Assembly: GCA_046563655.1 (NCBI GenBank)
Contig: CM102288.1
Coordinates: forward strand, 4,340,001 to 4,404,000
Reading direction: 5' to 3'
Origin: Yuukianura sp. NJ FZ-2021
Lineage: Eukaryota
DNA length: 64,000 bases
The translations under genes were made by a program, and so were the position numbers. Positions 50,265 through 64,000 of the stretch are shown here, piece after piece. The number at the start of each line of letters is the position of its first letter. The stretch's first letter is position 1. The notes below the pieces were generated by a model. That model did not search any database. It was not told the origin of the DNA and worked only from the letters and a program-made list of their open reading frames with translations.

Positions 50265-51522
50265 TCAGCGTTGAGGGCACTTGGCTAAAATCCTTGTCGG
50301 CGAACCTAAGAAAAAATTAACTTCTGGGTTATAATGCATGTTTGGATTTACGTACATCAAGAATTTGAAGGTCATTTGATTATTTTGACCTCTGACCTTA
50401 CCTGTTCCACCAACAATTTTCATTGGAAGAATAAAAAAGACGCAACTTTTTCTCAGAATCAAATGTAAATTGGCCACGTTTTCTAAGTTGTACACTTGAT
50501 TTTTTGCGAGGAAGACATGAACCGGAGCAGTCTGAAAATTAAAAATAATTAAAATATGGAAATAATATTAAATACAAAACATATTATTAGATTTATAAAT
50601 ATTAATTACATACCACCGCTCTTCCCTGATCTACTGAAGCAGTGTCGATTCCGAGTCCTACGATTTGGCGCTCGTTGAACAGCCACTTGGAGGCTTCTTC
50701 CGACACACCTTGATTTAATACAAATTTAATGTAAGTAAATATATTCACAATTAATTGAATTAGTTAAATTAATCACTTTGTAACCTGGAAAGTTCAATTT
50801 CGGCTTTTCATTTTCCTCCAAAGTGGAATTGTCCCATCCAAGGTACTTTTCCTTGTCTGACCAAAACTTGGACCAACCAGTGTACACAAACACAACTCCA
50901 CGAGATGGGATTTTTCCTGCAAGAAGAGGTCAGAGGTCAAATTCAAAAAAAAAATTTCAAAATTTGAAAAAAAAGCAACAAAATTTTGAATTTTGATTCT
51001 GAGTAGCTTACCGTACTTGATTTCATGATTTACAATGTCCTCCACAGTAAGAACATAGTCTGCACGGGTTATTGACCCTGTGACCTTTTCTTGAACGTTA
51101 ATCACATGACCCGGGACATCCACCAAGTGACCCATCGGTATCTGCTCCACTCTCCATCCCTCTTTGTAGAAATGATACGGTGAGTCCAAGTGGGTTCCAC
51201 CATGTTCTCCCATGCAAAAGGAGAATGCAGAGTACCTATACAGGTCAAAGGTCAACTCATCAAAAATTTTACAAAATCTTCAATTCAAAATTTTGTTAAA
51301 CCATCGGTCATATTTTGTGTCCCATCCGAAATAGTCTTTGAACAATTGAAATTCCCTTTGACCCGGGTAGAAAATTGTGTCTTCGTTTACAGAGTAACTC
51401 AAATCAAAATATTCAACACGCTCACGTTCACTGCAACTTTCTTCATCTGACGAATGTCGGCTGGATGCTAAACAAATTGCTACACATGTCAACAAAACCA
51501 AAATTATTTGACCTTTGACCAT
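50265..51522 (-). CDS. Cyclase-family metal-dependent amidohydrolase (KynB-type kynurenine formamidase / isatin hydrolase-like) with signal peptide, multi-exon
   Basis: FDLSY, EHGGTHLDSPYHF (HxGTHxDxPxH), YTGWSKFW, FPG, GLGIDTASVD, VH..FL...VYNLENV, PMKIVGGTGSPTRI. Confidence 0.9.
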
Positions 51523-52474
51523 TTTCAATTTTCGAAAAACCAAAAATTGCAAATCAAAATTCAGTATGAAGTAGAAGCCCCGACGCTACACAGTGTACTG
51601 CTAAAACTTATAAAACCTAAGTTGTAGCATCAAAAATTAATCTAATGTTTTCTTTTCTTGTCAGTGGATATGCAGAGGTCAACTAAGGTCAAACAGCAAT
51701 TTCAACACTTAAGTGACAACAACAACCACTTTGATGTAAAAACAACTTTACCAAAAATTGTTGCAAGAAAAGAATTAGTTTAATTTTAAGTTTTAGCAAT
51801 TGAAAATCCGATTAGTCCGAATTTTGTAACATTCGTGTAAGCACAATAATTCAAAATTATATCCCAGCAAAATTAGTTTTTCATCATCATTTCATATCTT
51901 AAGGAGCATCAATCTTAAAGGACCTTAAACCTAGTTTAATTACAGTTAACATTAAATTATTTAGCTAAATCTTAAACATTATTAAGATTCGAACCAATCC
52001 AAGCCACCTATCATAAGTTGCGCCCATCATCAGCATTATTTGCGAACCAAAAGAAAATTAAGTTGAACAATTCTTGATTTTTTAAGACAAGTCAGACAAA
52101 AACGTAGTCTTAACTTGACACTTTCTCATAAACAAGGAACTTTTGACATCTTTCCAGTTTCCAAAAACTTTACAATGTGGTTGACCCCAGTCATCGCAAT
52201 TTCAAAACTTAACTTGAGTAATTTAAGAATCAGCAGCTATTAGACAACAATGGAGCTTTAAGTGTATCAAGTTGTTGCCAAAATGCCATGCGAAACATAA
52301 TCAGTTTAAATGTGGCAACAATCTTCGTAACTTACACTCTAAAGCTGAGTAAAACAAAATATTAAAAATTCTTCTGTATTTGAACAGTTCCATTGCTCAG
52401 CCTCGTGCATCACCTTCGACTAAGATGTTTGTAGGTCACTGGGGTCATACAAATCGTCTAGCACTCCACTTTTG

Positions 52475-55400
52475 TCACACGAATTCCGTAAAGTCCACGA
52501 CATTGAACGGAAGTTTTTGTTTAGGCGGAGCATTTGGAAAATCACTAGAATCTGATCCACTTCCTAACACTTCTGGCTCCAGCCGACTTCTCAGTTGCTT
52601 AATTTTACGAAGTCGTTCCAACCAGTTGGAAGCGTATGGACTTTGTTGAGCGGATTGAAAAATTAGAGAAGCCAACTGAAACAAAAAATTCAGATTTTTT
52701 TTTTCTCAAAGAAATCAACTGATTTGTAAACTGCCAAGGTCAAAGCCGAAATGTTTTTCTTACGTTCGAATGCAGAGCCAACTGACGTGCCAAAATTGGC
52801 AAGTTCCGATCAGATACAATTTTTGCTTCTGTGTGACCAATTTGCTCTTCAAGGACTGGCTTGGCTTTGACTATGATTCGATTCGTTCCATGATCCAGTG
52901 GTTGAATAATGACACAAGCATAGAGAAATTGACCCTGAAAAAAAAGTTCATTGTACAATTTCGTCCGAACTGTAACAAAAATTGACACAAAAGTTGAATT
53001 ACCTTGATCGTTCCAATGTCGTACTCCTCATTCGCATTATTATAAACGATTGCCACATAGTCATTCCCAATATGGCGCTTCTTGGAGTTGCAATTGGGGT
53101 CATTGCTCTTGTTAGGCATCAAGGTCGCCACATGGAACATCACCTAAGATAGTCAATTACTTTCAGTAAAAACTTTCAAACAACTTTAGTTTTCAAAATT
53201 TTGAAAATTACCTGCATGACATCATCTTGCCAAATGTAAGCAAATTCTCCATCATCTCCGTCACGTGACAGTCCACCCAAAAACGTTTTCTGTGGATCCA
53301 CTTCCCGCAGTTTCACAAGTCTTCCAAGTCCTTGCAAAAAATCTCGATATCGCATGGATCCATACGGATTTTGAAGAATCGAAGTTTCATTGGTAGATTG
53401 CCCTTGACCCACATACAAAACTCCAATTTTGTGTGTTTCATACGGAGGGATATAATCGATAACCTGAAAGTCAAAAGTTTTCAAAAATTGTTAAATTTTC
53501 AAAACATGAGTTGCAATTTTTGTTCTTACTTACCTTGATACTGTTTTCCATTTTTGTTGGAACTAAAAGTGGTTTGACCTCTCTTCCAAACAGTTGAAGG
53601 AAAACAAATCCAGGACTCATTCCAGATCGAATGCTACTCGAATCCTGAGAACCTCCACCTCCACCAAAATCATAGTCACGACGATTCATCTTATGTCCAG
53701 TGTCACCACTGCCTGCTGACAAAATACGACGAAGTCCTTTGCTAGATCGCGCATGCGGTCCACTCATCACGGACACCGTATTGGTTCTATCACGCTTCAG
53801 TGGTGTCAAGTCCACTTCTCTTGTCCTAGCCGACCGTACTTCCTCTACTGAATGCTGAGTCTGGAACGGAACTCTGTCTTGAACAGTTTTGATAAAATCG
53901 GCTGGTGACGATGACAAAGCAGAAGCTCCATCTTTCTGAATCACTTCTTCTGGAATAGCTTCGTAGCTTCCACGATAAGGTGAAGTTGTTCCACCTTTGG
54001 TGAGATGACTGCCTTTGAATGTCGAAGATACTTCTGCAGCAGAATTCAACATTTTTTCTGGACTGAAGACATCATCAGTCTTTGCAGAATCTTCTTCGTC
54101 CTGTTCTTGGATTTGATGTTGTTGGTTGATATAAGAATGCTTCCATGATTCCATTTCTGGAGAAGAATTTGATCGATGGACAGGTTGCTTTGAATTGTCA
54201 AGTGGAATACGCATGCGTCTCTCTTCTGGAGGTGACATAGCACTTGGACTCTTCGGGGACGACGGGGAGGACTTGCTTTTCTGTAGAGGAGGATGTGCTG
54301 CTGCTGCTGAACTCTCTGAATGACAACAAAATCAATCGAATTTGAAAATACTTAACAAAGTTTGCAGTTTGTGACCAAATTTCAACTGACCTTGTGATGA
54401 AGTCAACTCGCAGCTTCCTTCCTCAATGGAAGCATGGCGCGTAGGGGACTTGTGCGGCGAAACGGGGCATGGTCCAGGAGGTGTTCGAGAAGGAGAAAAG
54501 CCTGAACTGCTGCTCGAGTAAGGTTGAGGAGCTGGATTTTGAGTGCGTGAAGATGGTGAATTTTGTAAATCTACTGGATCCTTTAGAAATATTGCTGACA
54601 GCTCCCGCATTGGAAAGTCCTGCCCACTATTATTTCCTAGCTGATTTTGAATTCGCATCATCCAGGAAGTATTTCCGGTTGGACATCGAATATGAATTTC
54701 AGCCCATCCTTGACACCAGCAAGTGCACAGCATGTGATCACTCTGAAAAAAAAACGTTAAGTTTTACTGATTTGAATTTTTTTAAATTCTAATAAAAAAA
54801 ACCTTTTGCTTTGGGGCCCAATCTCCAAATTGTCCTTCTTCCAGCATTTCCCCAGTCAAACTCAGTTTCCTATTTGGTGGTTGGAGCTTGTGTTCCAGGC
54901 CTAAATGCGAGTCGTCCCTCGTCTTTGTTCCACCTCCATCGAGTCTCTCGCTTTCATCAGTTTTGCTACTGCTCGTCACAAGTTCAGAGTGATGCCTACG
55001 CCTATTACCAGCATCGGCTCCACCAGAGGCTGTTAACTGATCAAGATTAGTAGATTTTGTGTGATCTTCATCTGCGGAGTCTCCAGAAGTAGGATTGGTC
55101 AGCGCTGGACTTGGCTTCCGACTGTTCTCAATAATCAAAATATTAGTAAAGTTTGTTTAAGTCTATTCTTCAAATTCCTTACCATAACAGGAAGCATCTA
55201 TCGCACATGCTGTCACGCAATTCCTTCTGTGTACATCCACTTGTCGTGATTGTTACAATTTGATTATCAACGAGCCAAGTCTGTGAGTTGCCCCCCGAGA
55301 GCAAGAACGTCGTCGACGGGAAGCGGGTAGGAAGAGCTGATGAATCTGAGAAAGCATATCGTGCCATCAGATCCACACAAGTTTCAGTCAGTTCTTGATG

Positions 55401-58400
55401 AAAAGCCAACTTTGCTCCGGTTTTAGTATCGTTCCGCAGTGCTGGTCCAAGAACACTTCCAGATATCGGTCGTTCTCTTCTCTTGCTCGACTGTTCGTTG
55501 AGACTCGAACTTCGTTTCCGAGTTGATGAGTCTTCGTTTAGTAAATCCATGGCACTGCGTCGCTTTTCTTCTTCACACGGATTTAAAACGTTGTTCTGGA
55601 GTCCCTTCATTATGTAGCTCACAAATCCTTTTCTAGAACACAAAGCAGGGAACTCAAAATTTCGAAAAAAAGAAGAATTTTTTTAGGTTTCAAGTTGAAA
55701 TCTTTGAAGGAAGTACTTACCTGTATGAAAGTCGACATTTGAGGAACCACATAGCAATGACGTGATGGGCTAATGATACTGTGTACTGGTTGAATTTGAA
55801 AGGATTCGTGTAGGGCAATGCAATTGCAAAAATTGACATGTACCTGAAAAGTAAACCATAACTTAGCAAAAAATTACTTGATTTTTTAAACAGTTTGACA
55901 TAACTTACTGATCCTGGACAAATGAAGCGAAAACACGAGGAAGATGGATGAGTGTTGACAAAAACTCGAGAACCGGAATGGCAATGAGCGCCTTTGGAGT
56001 AATTCTGGACAGCGATAGAAGAACTTCCGGAAGGAGTCTGTGCATAGTGTCCTTCATTTCCAGAATGCAAGTGCTGAGAGACACGATACACATTTGAGCA
56101 CTTCGGGAGACAAGGCCTCTCTCCAGGCACTTCACAATTTTGAGTTGCTGAGCATTGTCTAGATGACTGTGGTACGACACTAGCGCAGTCAGTATTGGGT
56201 ACAAGTAGCCTTGGAAATCCGTTCGCTGAAACTTCAGAGGACGACGACGCAGAGAATCTGGATAGTCTGAAGTTTTATCCAACATCTAAAATAATATAAC
56301 ATATAAATAAAAAATTACTAAAAAATGTAAACTACTTAATATGAAATGTCGGGAGTTAAATTCAACTCACCATTCCACACAGGGCAGTTGCAAGGTAGTC
56401 AATGTCGTTTCCATGTTTCGAAAGGATAAGGGCTTTGTTCTCCATCACATGCGGAATTTGTTTTAAAACGAGTTCCAGAACTTCCCAATCTAAAACAAAA
56501 ATCCAAAAACAAAATTAAAATAAAAACAAAACAACAAACCATAAATTGTTCTACAATCTACGTTCTACTTTTTTCCAGAAGATGATTTCATACTTCCAGA
56601 ACTCAGAATGAGCGAAAGTGAATTGTGAACGATGTTACCTTTTTCTTTTCGGAGGCTAGAAACGACCAGTTTGCAGGCAACAGTGAGTGAAATGAAAGTT
56701 ACCACAGGTTGTGGAACAATCGTTGACTGAGGTTGTGGTGATGCACCGCCACTAGTACTCACTGTTCCAGAATTTGAACTTCCTTGACTAAAAACTGGAG
56801 ACTCCATTCCAGTCACTGTACTTTCGTCACTTTCACGATGATCCACAGCCAAGTATGAACTGTACTTGCTCACAATTCCAGTCACCGGATTCGGACAACC
56901 AAGATGGAACATCGAATTGGCGCGAAGTTTGAAGAAACATTCGAAAATCTATTTTCAAAAAGCACAAAATCAAATCACAAATTGTTTTGAAGTCAATATC
57001 CTCAATCCTCGTGGATTTCTTACCAAACGTCTAATTGAAGGACAATCTTCCAGCGTTGCTGGTTTTTTGTAATGGGTTGAAAGGTGCTTGACCACAATCT
57101 TGTAGGCCGTTACTGGAATTGAAGAAGGTAAATTGTACATTCGGATTTGAAATATTTGAATTAGGCCTTCGACGGCATCTCGAACATCTCCCACTTCATT
57201 CTCTGAGAAAATATGAACCGTGTCTCCTCCACTCGTGAGTTCGTAAGGACGATTCACAATCTGTTCAAAAAGAAAAATGAAGACATGATGTTAACATTTG
57301 CAATTTTTAACAAACTTTCAAAATCAATTTGCCATTTTGAAACTTACCTTTTCTAAAATATGTAGCAAATCGTGTCCTTTCTTTGAGTTGGCGTCCATCA
57401 TGAAGGCGACAATGAACTTGACCCCTTGTTGCCTCACGGAGAGATCAGTCTCAGTCTCAAGTGTTTTCAAATTGGGGAGAATGATCTTGTCAATCAAGTC
57501 TTCTTCATGTGTGTGTCGATTTGCAAGGGCAATTGAAGTGATGTAATTTAAAGCCAAAACTTTAAGGGCTCCGCGACTCTCGTTCCTGAAGTGCCTCTCT
57601 GTGAAATTGACTAAATATCCAAACCATCCTGGGCGAGTTCGCTGTAGAAGGTTGGTGACTTTGTACTGCAGTAATCTCTCGACAGAATGTTCCTAAAATG
57701 AAAAAAGTTAGCATTTTGGTTTTCAAACTTTAAAAAATATTTTTAAAATCTAATGATTACCGGTCTGAACTTGATGGTGGTATCAACAACAGCATAAAAT
57801 CGTTCCAGAGAGCCAGAAAATCCGCCACTGTCGACCGTTCGTTGAATCATATCCAGACATTCGTTTACAGCCTTTGAAAGCTTAAAGCTTTGGAATTCAT
57901 CGGTAGCAGTAACAGTGCCAGGTTTGGAAACAACAACTACTTTTTCCATGATATCCAGGATTAAGTCCCATGAAACAGACTGAAGTGTTTCTCCTTGTGT
58001 TCGAACGAGGTCTTGGATTCTCATCATAACTTCAAAAGAGATGTAAGGATGTTTACGATCCAGTGCCTAAGTACAGGAATCGAATTACACATTCAACATT
58101 CAAATGAGAAGTATTTCCAACTCAGTTCAGATAAATAATCTATGCAAATAGTACGTACCTGTCCAAATGATGAAAGAACGGTGCTGGGTGAGTATTTTAG
58201 TGATCGAATCATTTTGTTTCCCCAAAGAACTGCTCCAACAAAAAACACAGCTCCACGAATCACAAAAATTTCTTGTGAATGATCCCCAGTTTCCATAAAT
58301 CGACACATTGTCAGCAGGCCGGAGTGTCCGAAGTGCGTTCCCAACAGGTCTCGCATTATTTTCCAACTTGTACTGCATAACTGTTCGTGATTTACCATAC

Positions 58401-59683
58401 GACAAAGTGTGGCCAAAAGTGTTGAAAGACTTGCAGGGGGTAAGCTTGGATAGCAAATGACTGCTGACAGAACGTTAAGACACTCGTTCATGTCGTCTGT
58501 CACAGATGACTCACAGCAGATGAAACACACTTTTCTATAAAAGCAAAAAGACAATAATGAATTGATTGCATTTAGTAATCAGAACCTCGTTGTTCAGTCT
58601 AAGAATCTGTTGTTCGAAGTACCACTTACTCAATAATTCCTTCCAGCACATCCGAGTCCAAAAAACTCTGAGTAAACTTGATAACGTTGACCAGAAACGA
58701 CATAAACTCTTTGGTGCCAACGTGATTTCTGAAGGATGAAGTTGGCATCATGCAAGTCAAAATAAATGGTCCAATTTTTTCGTCAAAGTAAGAAACGTCA
58801 CGGCCATTTTCAGTTAGAGCTCGTAGAAATTCGAATCTTGGTCCAGCATCTTCGAGTATTTCATGTGACTGAATGAAAGTAAAGAAGTTTGACCGCACGG
58901 CACCATTCTTTTCGATTTGATTCCGACATATGGCAGTAAAGAGGCTGAAGACGAGATGGCGAACGTCCTGAGAAGTATAATAAATAATATTCAGTGAATG
59001 AATATATAATAAATAATAGTAATGTGGAATGACTTTCAAATAAATAAACTATAGTACAGATAAACTACAGTTGGAATTTGCTCCAACTTGGGTCTCACCG
59101 TTGGGACATCGCCACGTATCATCAGCAAATCTTTGAGCAGAATCCATAACTTCTCAATTGTGTACTGCAGATTCAAGAATTAGTAATTATTAATCACAAG
59201 AACGGAATATTAACAATTAGTAAACTGTATGCTCTAAATCCGATAGGCTTGTACCGTTTCTAAGCGACTACTCTTGGCCCAATCGAGTAATTCTTTGACA
59301 GCCTTGACCCTGGTTCCCAATGGACTCGTCTGCTTCAGCTCCGCTTCCAGTTCATCTGTCACCGTTACATATTCATCCGATCTCGACCGTGATATTCCTG
59401 TAATAAATACAGTATCAGTAAATATTTCTAAGTATAAGCATAAAACGATCAGTAGCTGTCATGAAGTCCCTGTCATATGCCCTTAAGAGATCCGGAACAG
59501 CTGATTTCCGCTATCAGCTGATCTGCCACCGGAAATCACAGCAAGTACCATTATGTCCCATTAACTTTGACATAATCAATCGTAATACTCATGAAATCAA
59601 CTATTGACCTTACCTTGTGTCTTCGTGATCCTAAATAATCGTTTTAATTTTTCTTGAAATCCTTTGTCTTCGTTACGAGCCAT
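52475..59683 (-). CDS. TSC2: Tuberin, multi-exon
   Basis: [76 protein letters not shown], Rap-GAP domain THKIGVLYV...FHVATLMP...KKRHIGND, end DFTEFV*. Confidence 0.97.
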
Positions 59684-61703
59684 GATCGGACTCTGGTCAT
59701 TCCCAAATCCGAATCCCTTCCCTACGTCTTTGTTTCCTTCTGAAGAGTTTATATGTAAAGGGGAGTAACGTGTCAAGTCAACTCTGTCCTCATGGCTTAA
59801 TTGTTGCTAAAATCCAATTATTTTAGCAACTCAATTAATTAAATGTATTTATGAAAAGTCAAGGAAGTTCAAACAGAAAGAAAACGATTAAAAGCAGATC
59901 CAAAAACCGAAAATGGAAGGAGAGTGATTTTTTGAAGGTCGTTTGATTCCCGAATCAAAAAGAGAAACAAACATTTTAAATTTTTTGCCACTCGCTCTTC
60001 CAGAAGACGCTGCTGGGATATGACCTTACAACGACGAAATTTCATACGCTGAAAAGGTCATAAAAAGTATATGCAGGTCAAAGGTCAACGTTTTGATGAA
60101 GTAAAGTTGTCATTTTATGGTAGAAAATAAAGAAGATGATCCTTAGAAGAAAAAAAAATCCGCTGTACTTTTTATTGTTTGTTTCTCTTTTTTTGTGCCT
60201 GTCGGTATCATCTTCTGGCTTCTCGAAATTGGCAAAACGAAACCGCAAATTGATTTTTATGTAGGTGAAACACTTTTTTATGGTAAGAGGAAGTGTTTGT
60301 ACACGCTAGACCAAGTTGACTAATTAGTTTAAAGACTAATTGAACATGACATGACTAATTCAGTAAACTAATCTAAACTTAACCCTGATTTTTCTTTTCT
60401 TGGTCATAAACAAACATTAAGTGGAAACCTACAAAAAACTTTTACGACTTTTTTTTTCAATTTGCAATTTCAATGAACTAACACAATTTGCAAAAAAAAA
60501 TTCAATAGAGTGTCAAAGAACACTTCAAAATGTAAAAGAAAAACCAAAGCTAATTAACCCTAAAATTATTGCGGATGATCGATGCTTTTCGCTCCAGTTT
60601 CCAACTTTCTAAATTTTAAGTGAAACGGAAACCTTGAGAATTTGACTTTTTCTTTTTTAAATAAGTTTTGAAATGGTTTGAAATTTTAATTTTGAACTCA
60701 AAACTACATTTAATTTTAATTTAAAACAAGACTTGGTCTATAAATAGACCAAGAGAGCCTCTTCCATTTCCTTAGTTCAAGTTTTTACTTATTATCTTCA
60801 ACTTTGTTCTGTTTTAGTCCATCTTCTCAGGAAGATCATCTTACAAAGGCAGACCTAAACACACACAAAATTTTTTTCCCTAAAAATTCATTTTTGAAAA
60901 CATTTTTTTCTGAAATTTTGAAACCAAACCCTGCCCATGTGGGCTGTCGGCGTCTTTGAAAGCATCACCGGAACATTTACAAAAACTGAAATTTGGTGAC
61001 GAAAAAACTAAAACTTTTGAGTCACGATTTTCATGGGGGTGGAATTGTGGAATTTAGTTTTGGATTCTTGTATAGTGCTCACTTGTTAACTTGTTGAGTT
61101 AACTAGTTTAAACGAAACAAAAAAAAGTTAACTGACTTGATTTTTTTGAGTAAAGTAGTGCGTCAGTAGCCCCAATTTGTGTTTTCTTACTCACAACTTT
61201 TTATGAAACTAAAAACCAAAAATCTTTGTTTCTTCAGCTCATCATCATCCCCCTTCTTCTTTTTGTTCATTTAGTTCTTAGGAAGAGTTGCAGAACGACT
61301 TAAATTCAAGATCAATACCAACACTCACTTCCTAACCTCAATATCAATCACTACTTCAAACAGCACACTTCAACTTCTCAAGTTCTCCTGTTATTGTGAA
61401 AAACATCATCATCAAAACATGTTTTTAGTTTTTAATTAATTTAATTAACACTTGAACTAATTAAAACCTTGGATATTTCTCCATCTGGAAAGACAATCCG
61501 TCAGGAGGCAAATTCTGCTAAAAAATCAAACGGTTTTGGAATTCTGAAAATATTTAGAAATATTTGTGTTTTTTTTGACGTTCAAGTGCCATAAGTGAAG
61601 TGAAGTTTTAAAAAAGTTAAGTTTAATTGCGTTTTAAGTGGAATTTGAGAACGTGAGAAGAAGTGTGAAAAGTGACACTTGACATAGAAAAGACAATTCA
61701 AAA

Positions 61704-63661
61704 ATGTCACTTCCGCCAACGAGACGGAAGTGCACTGACTTCCTTCTGCTGCTTTTTCTACATGTGTGTGTCACATCGATAACTGCGTTATCAATTAACG
61801 CTGACAGCAACACGCGCATGCCCGTCGCTGATTTGACGCAAGCGCAAGCGTCTAGTCCTGTTCCTAGTTTAACACCGATTGACCTTGACCCCACGACCCC
61901 TCCAGGTCAAACTGTGTTAAATTCTACTTTTGCAGCAAACAAATCACGAAATCAAGTGGAACAAATTTTAGAGGAAATTTTCGAAGGTAAAAAGACTCCA
62001 GAAAATTTCTACGAAACTAAACCTATCGTATCAATTCAACTGAAAACCAAAAATATTCTTTTCGAACGATGTTTTGAATTTTGAAATTTTCAATTTCTTT
62101 TCATTAATTTTTTTTTTCAAAGCTGAATTTGAAGATGAACCGAATTTTGTGCAGAACGATGACCACAACATTTCAATCCTAGAAAATTCAACAGAAAATC
62201 CAGAATTGACGCAAGACAAAAATTCTACTGAAGAAACTATCGCAGCACGAGAAGGACGTGCCAAATTTCATCAAAACCGAAGAGGACGCAGACCAGACGT
62301 GCAGAAACGGAAACAACAAGAAAACAATCGCAAACGACAGGCTCTTGCGCAGCAAAAGCAAAACGGCCAGAAACAAACTAATCGTCAAAACAATCGACCT
62401 GCTACACAAAATAAAAATGGTTTTCAGCGGCCGAATGCCAATCGGAAGGCCGTTGACATCACAAAGTACAACGCCTACATGGACGCAGTGCTCGGACGTA
62501 TGAATGCCCTTATTCGTAAGAAACGTATGGATCCCCTTAGGGTCAACTTGTACGCAGGACCAGGTCCAGGTCAAGGTCAAAAGAATAATAAGGCGCCAAA
62601 GAACAAAAACCGCGGGAATCAAGGAGCAGGGGGCAACAGGATTAAGAAAAAGGGCGGAGCAAGGTGGGAAGAAGACGACAGTCAAGTGATGTCGGACGAA
62701 GATGACAGCGGCGACCGTGACGACAGCGGTGACGAAGAGGGCAGATCAGTTCGGGACTTTACCGTTATCAAACCAAACGTTTTTCAACGGCGCATGAGGT
62801 AAGTACAGTTTTCACGGCGCGAAACGCGAAGTTTTCGGCAAGCAATCCATACAATTTTGTGTAAATTCCACAGAGCACTGGAAAATTCTACCGAATCATC
62901 AACTGTTGAGAAAAAAAGAGAAACTGTTGACTCGGGAGACGTCGTGAGTCCGAATGTTGCCGAAGATGCTGCTGAAACTGAAGGTCGCGGAAAAGTCAAA
63001 CCAGAAACGACTCGAAAAGGTGTCAAAGGTCAACAAACTTCGGAAAAGAAGTCGCAAACTCAAAACTCGCGCGTGAAAACGCGAAATTCGCCAAGACCGA
63101 CACGCGGAATTCTTCACGGACTGTCCAGTCTTCGACGAGACGGAAACGTACAGATTATTAAAGATGGTGAAAAGGCGCGAATCATTCGAAGTCGGTTTCT
63201 CCTTGGTCCAGTTGCACTTGAAATTCATCCAAAGGTTAGCAAACCATAGAAAAAATACGTTTCAAAATTTCTAGAAAACTAAAATTAAACGTGTTAAAAC
63301 TTAGAAAACGAAAAAGAAAAACAGTCGTGAAGATTTTGATGACGACGACGTGAAACCGTCTCCACCATCTCCAACTCCAGCAGCTACAGCAACTGCACCG
63401 CAACTTAAAGGAATTTTAGAAATTCGTTTAAGTCCGGGCAAACCCACGCGAATTCGAAAACTCCGCGTCTTCCCGCCCGGAAACATTCAAGTCGATGGAG
63501 ATAAAAAGAGTGGGGCGTCACCAGGGGTCAAACGAGCTGGTTACCGAAAAGTTACACCAATGGCTACAGCTCGACTGCGTCAAACGGCCATTCAAGTTCT
63601 ACGTCAAGTTGATAGTAAGATGAAAACAAAAAATACACGACAACAGGATAAACTTTTATAA
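61704..63661 (+). CDS. Secreted protein with group-7 mite allergen (TULIP lipid-binding)-like motifs interrupted by charged low-complexity inserts (about 4 exons)
   Basis: Signal peptide; NAYMDAVL..IRKKRMDPL and GILHGLSSLRRDG motifs resemble Der p 7-type proteins (recognised from memory, not searched). Confidence 0.55.
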
Positions 63662-64000
63662 TTTTTATAAAGCTTTAAATTATGAAGAATCGGTGGGGCT
63701 GGACTGTTTCAAAATTTTTTAAGTTTTTCAAAATCAAATTAATTTGTTCTTAAATTAAACTTTTTTCAGCAAAATAGTTAAGTTTTTGTAATAAAGTAGC
63801 CTGTAGAAGAGTTCAGATTATCCAATACAGTTAAAAAAATCACAATCCAATTTTTTTTTCAAACTGAACTGTGAATGAAAAAAAGAGCGATGATTTGCAC
63901 ATAAATTATCGTTTTAAAAATTTGGAATTTGAGAGAAAAATTCAAAAATCACGTAAACTTGTTTCGTTTCAACTTTACGAAGGGAGTTTGAATTCCATTA

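Noticed and set aside
59497..59545. Small hairpin in TSC2 intron 1 as a possible miRNA
   Set aside because: The stem is only about 11 bp with a bulge, too short for a pre-miRNA
21357..59683. PDPK1 and TSC2 as a PI3K/TOR pathway cluster
   Set aside because: They are about 29 kb and a dozen unrelated genes apart; chance is sufficient

Overview
A gene-dense, AT-rich eukaryotic (animal) window with short introns of about 55-130 bp. It is most plausibly from an arthropod, inferred from a meng-po-like kinase, a group-7-allergen-like protein and the ADMP/Pinhead pair. No prokaryotic features are present. About 23 protein-coding genes can be assembled by hand-splicing, in order: a GH31 alpha-glucosidase-like membrane protein that appears catalytically dead, AK7, THUMPD2, TASP1, a divergent Cys-loop channel, an orphan repeat protein, ODAD1/CCDC114-63, SENP8, PDPK1, a second divergent Cys-loop channel, a secreted two-trefoil peptide, ADMP, Pinhead, an SBK1/meng-po kinase, EFCAB10-like, a small HSP with HSE, ANKRA2/RFXANK, TRMT10B, an XK-family protein, an intronless orphan, a secreted cyclase-family hydrolase, TSC2 and a group-7-allergen-like secreted protein. 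There are also two MITE-like elements and several tandem repeats. Highlights: (1) an intact tandem Pinhead->ADMP module with an exact GRCGNC(N5)GTCT BMP-response element upstream of Pinhead; (2) a stand-alone TFF2-like peptide with rewired cysteines; (3) extreme over-representation of the DR1 motif AGGTCAAAGGTCA (14 exact copies seen, including in coding exons); (4) two atypical Cys-loop receptors. All gene names come from motif recognition, not database searches, and exon boundaries are manual.
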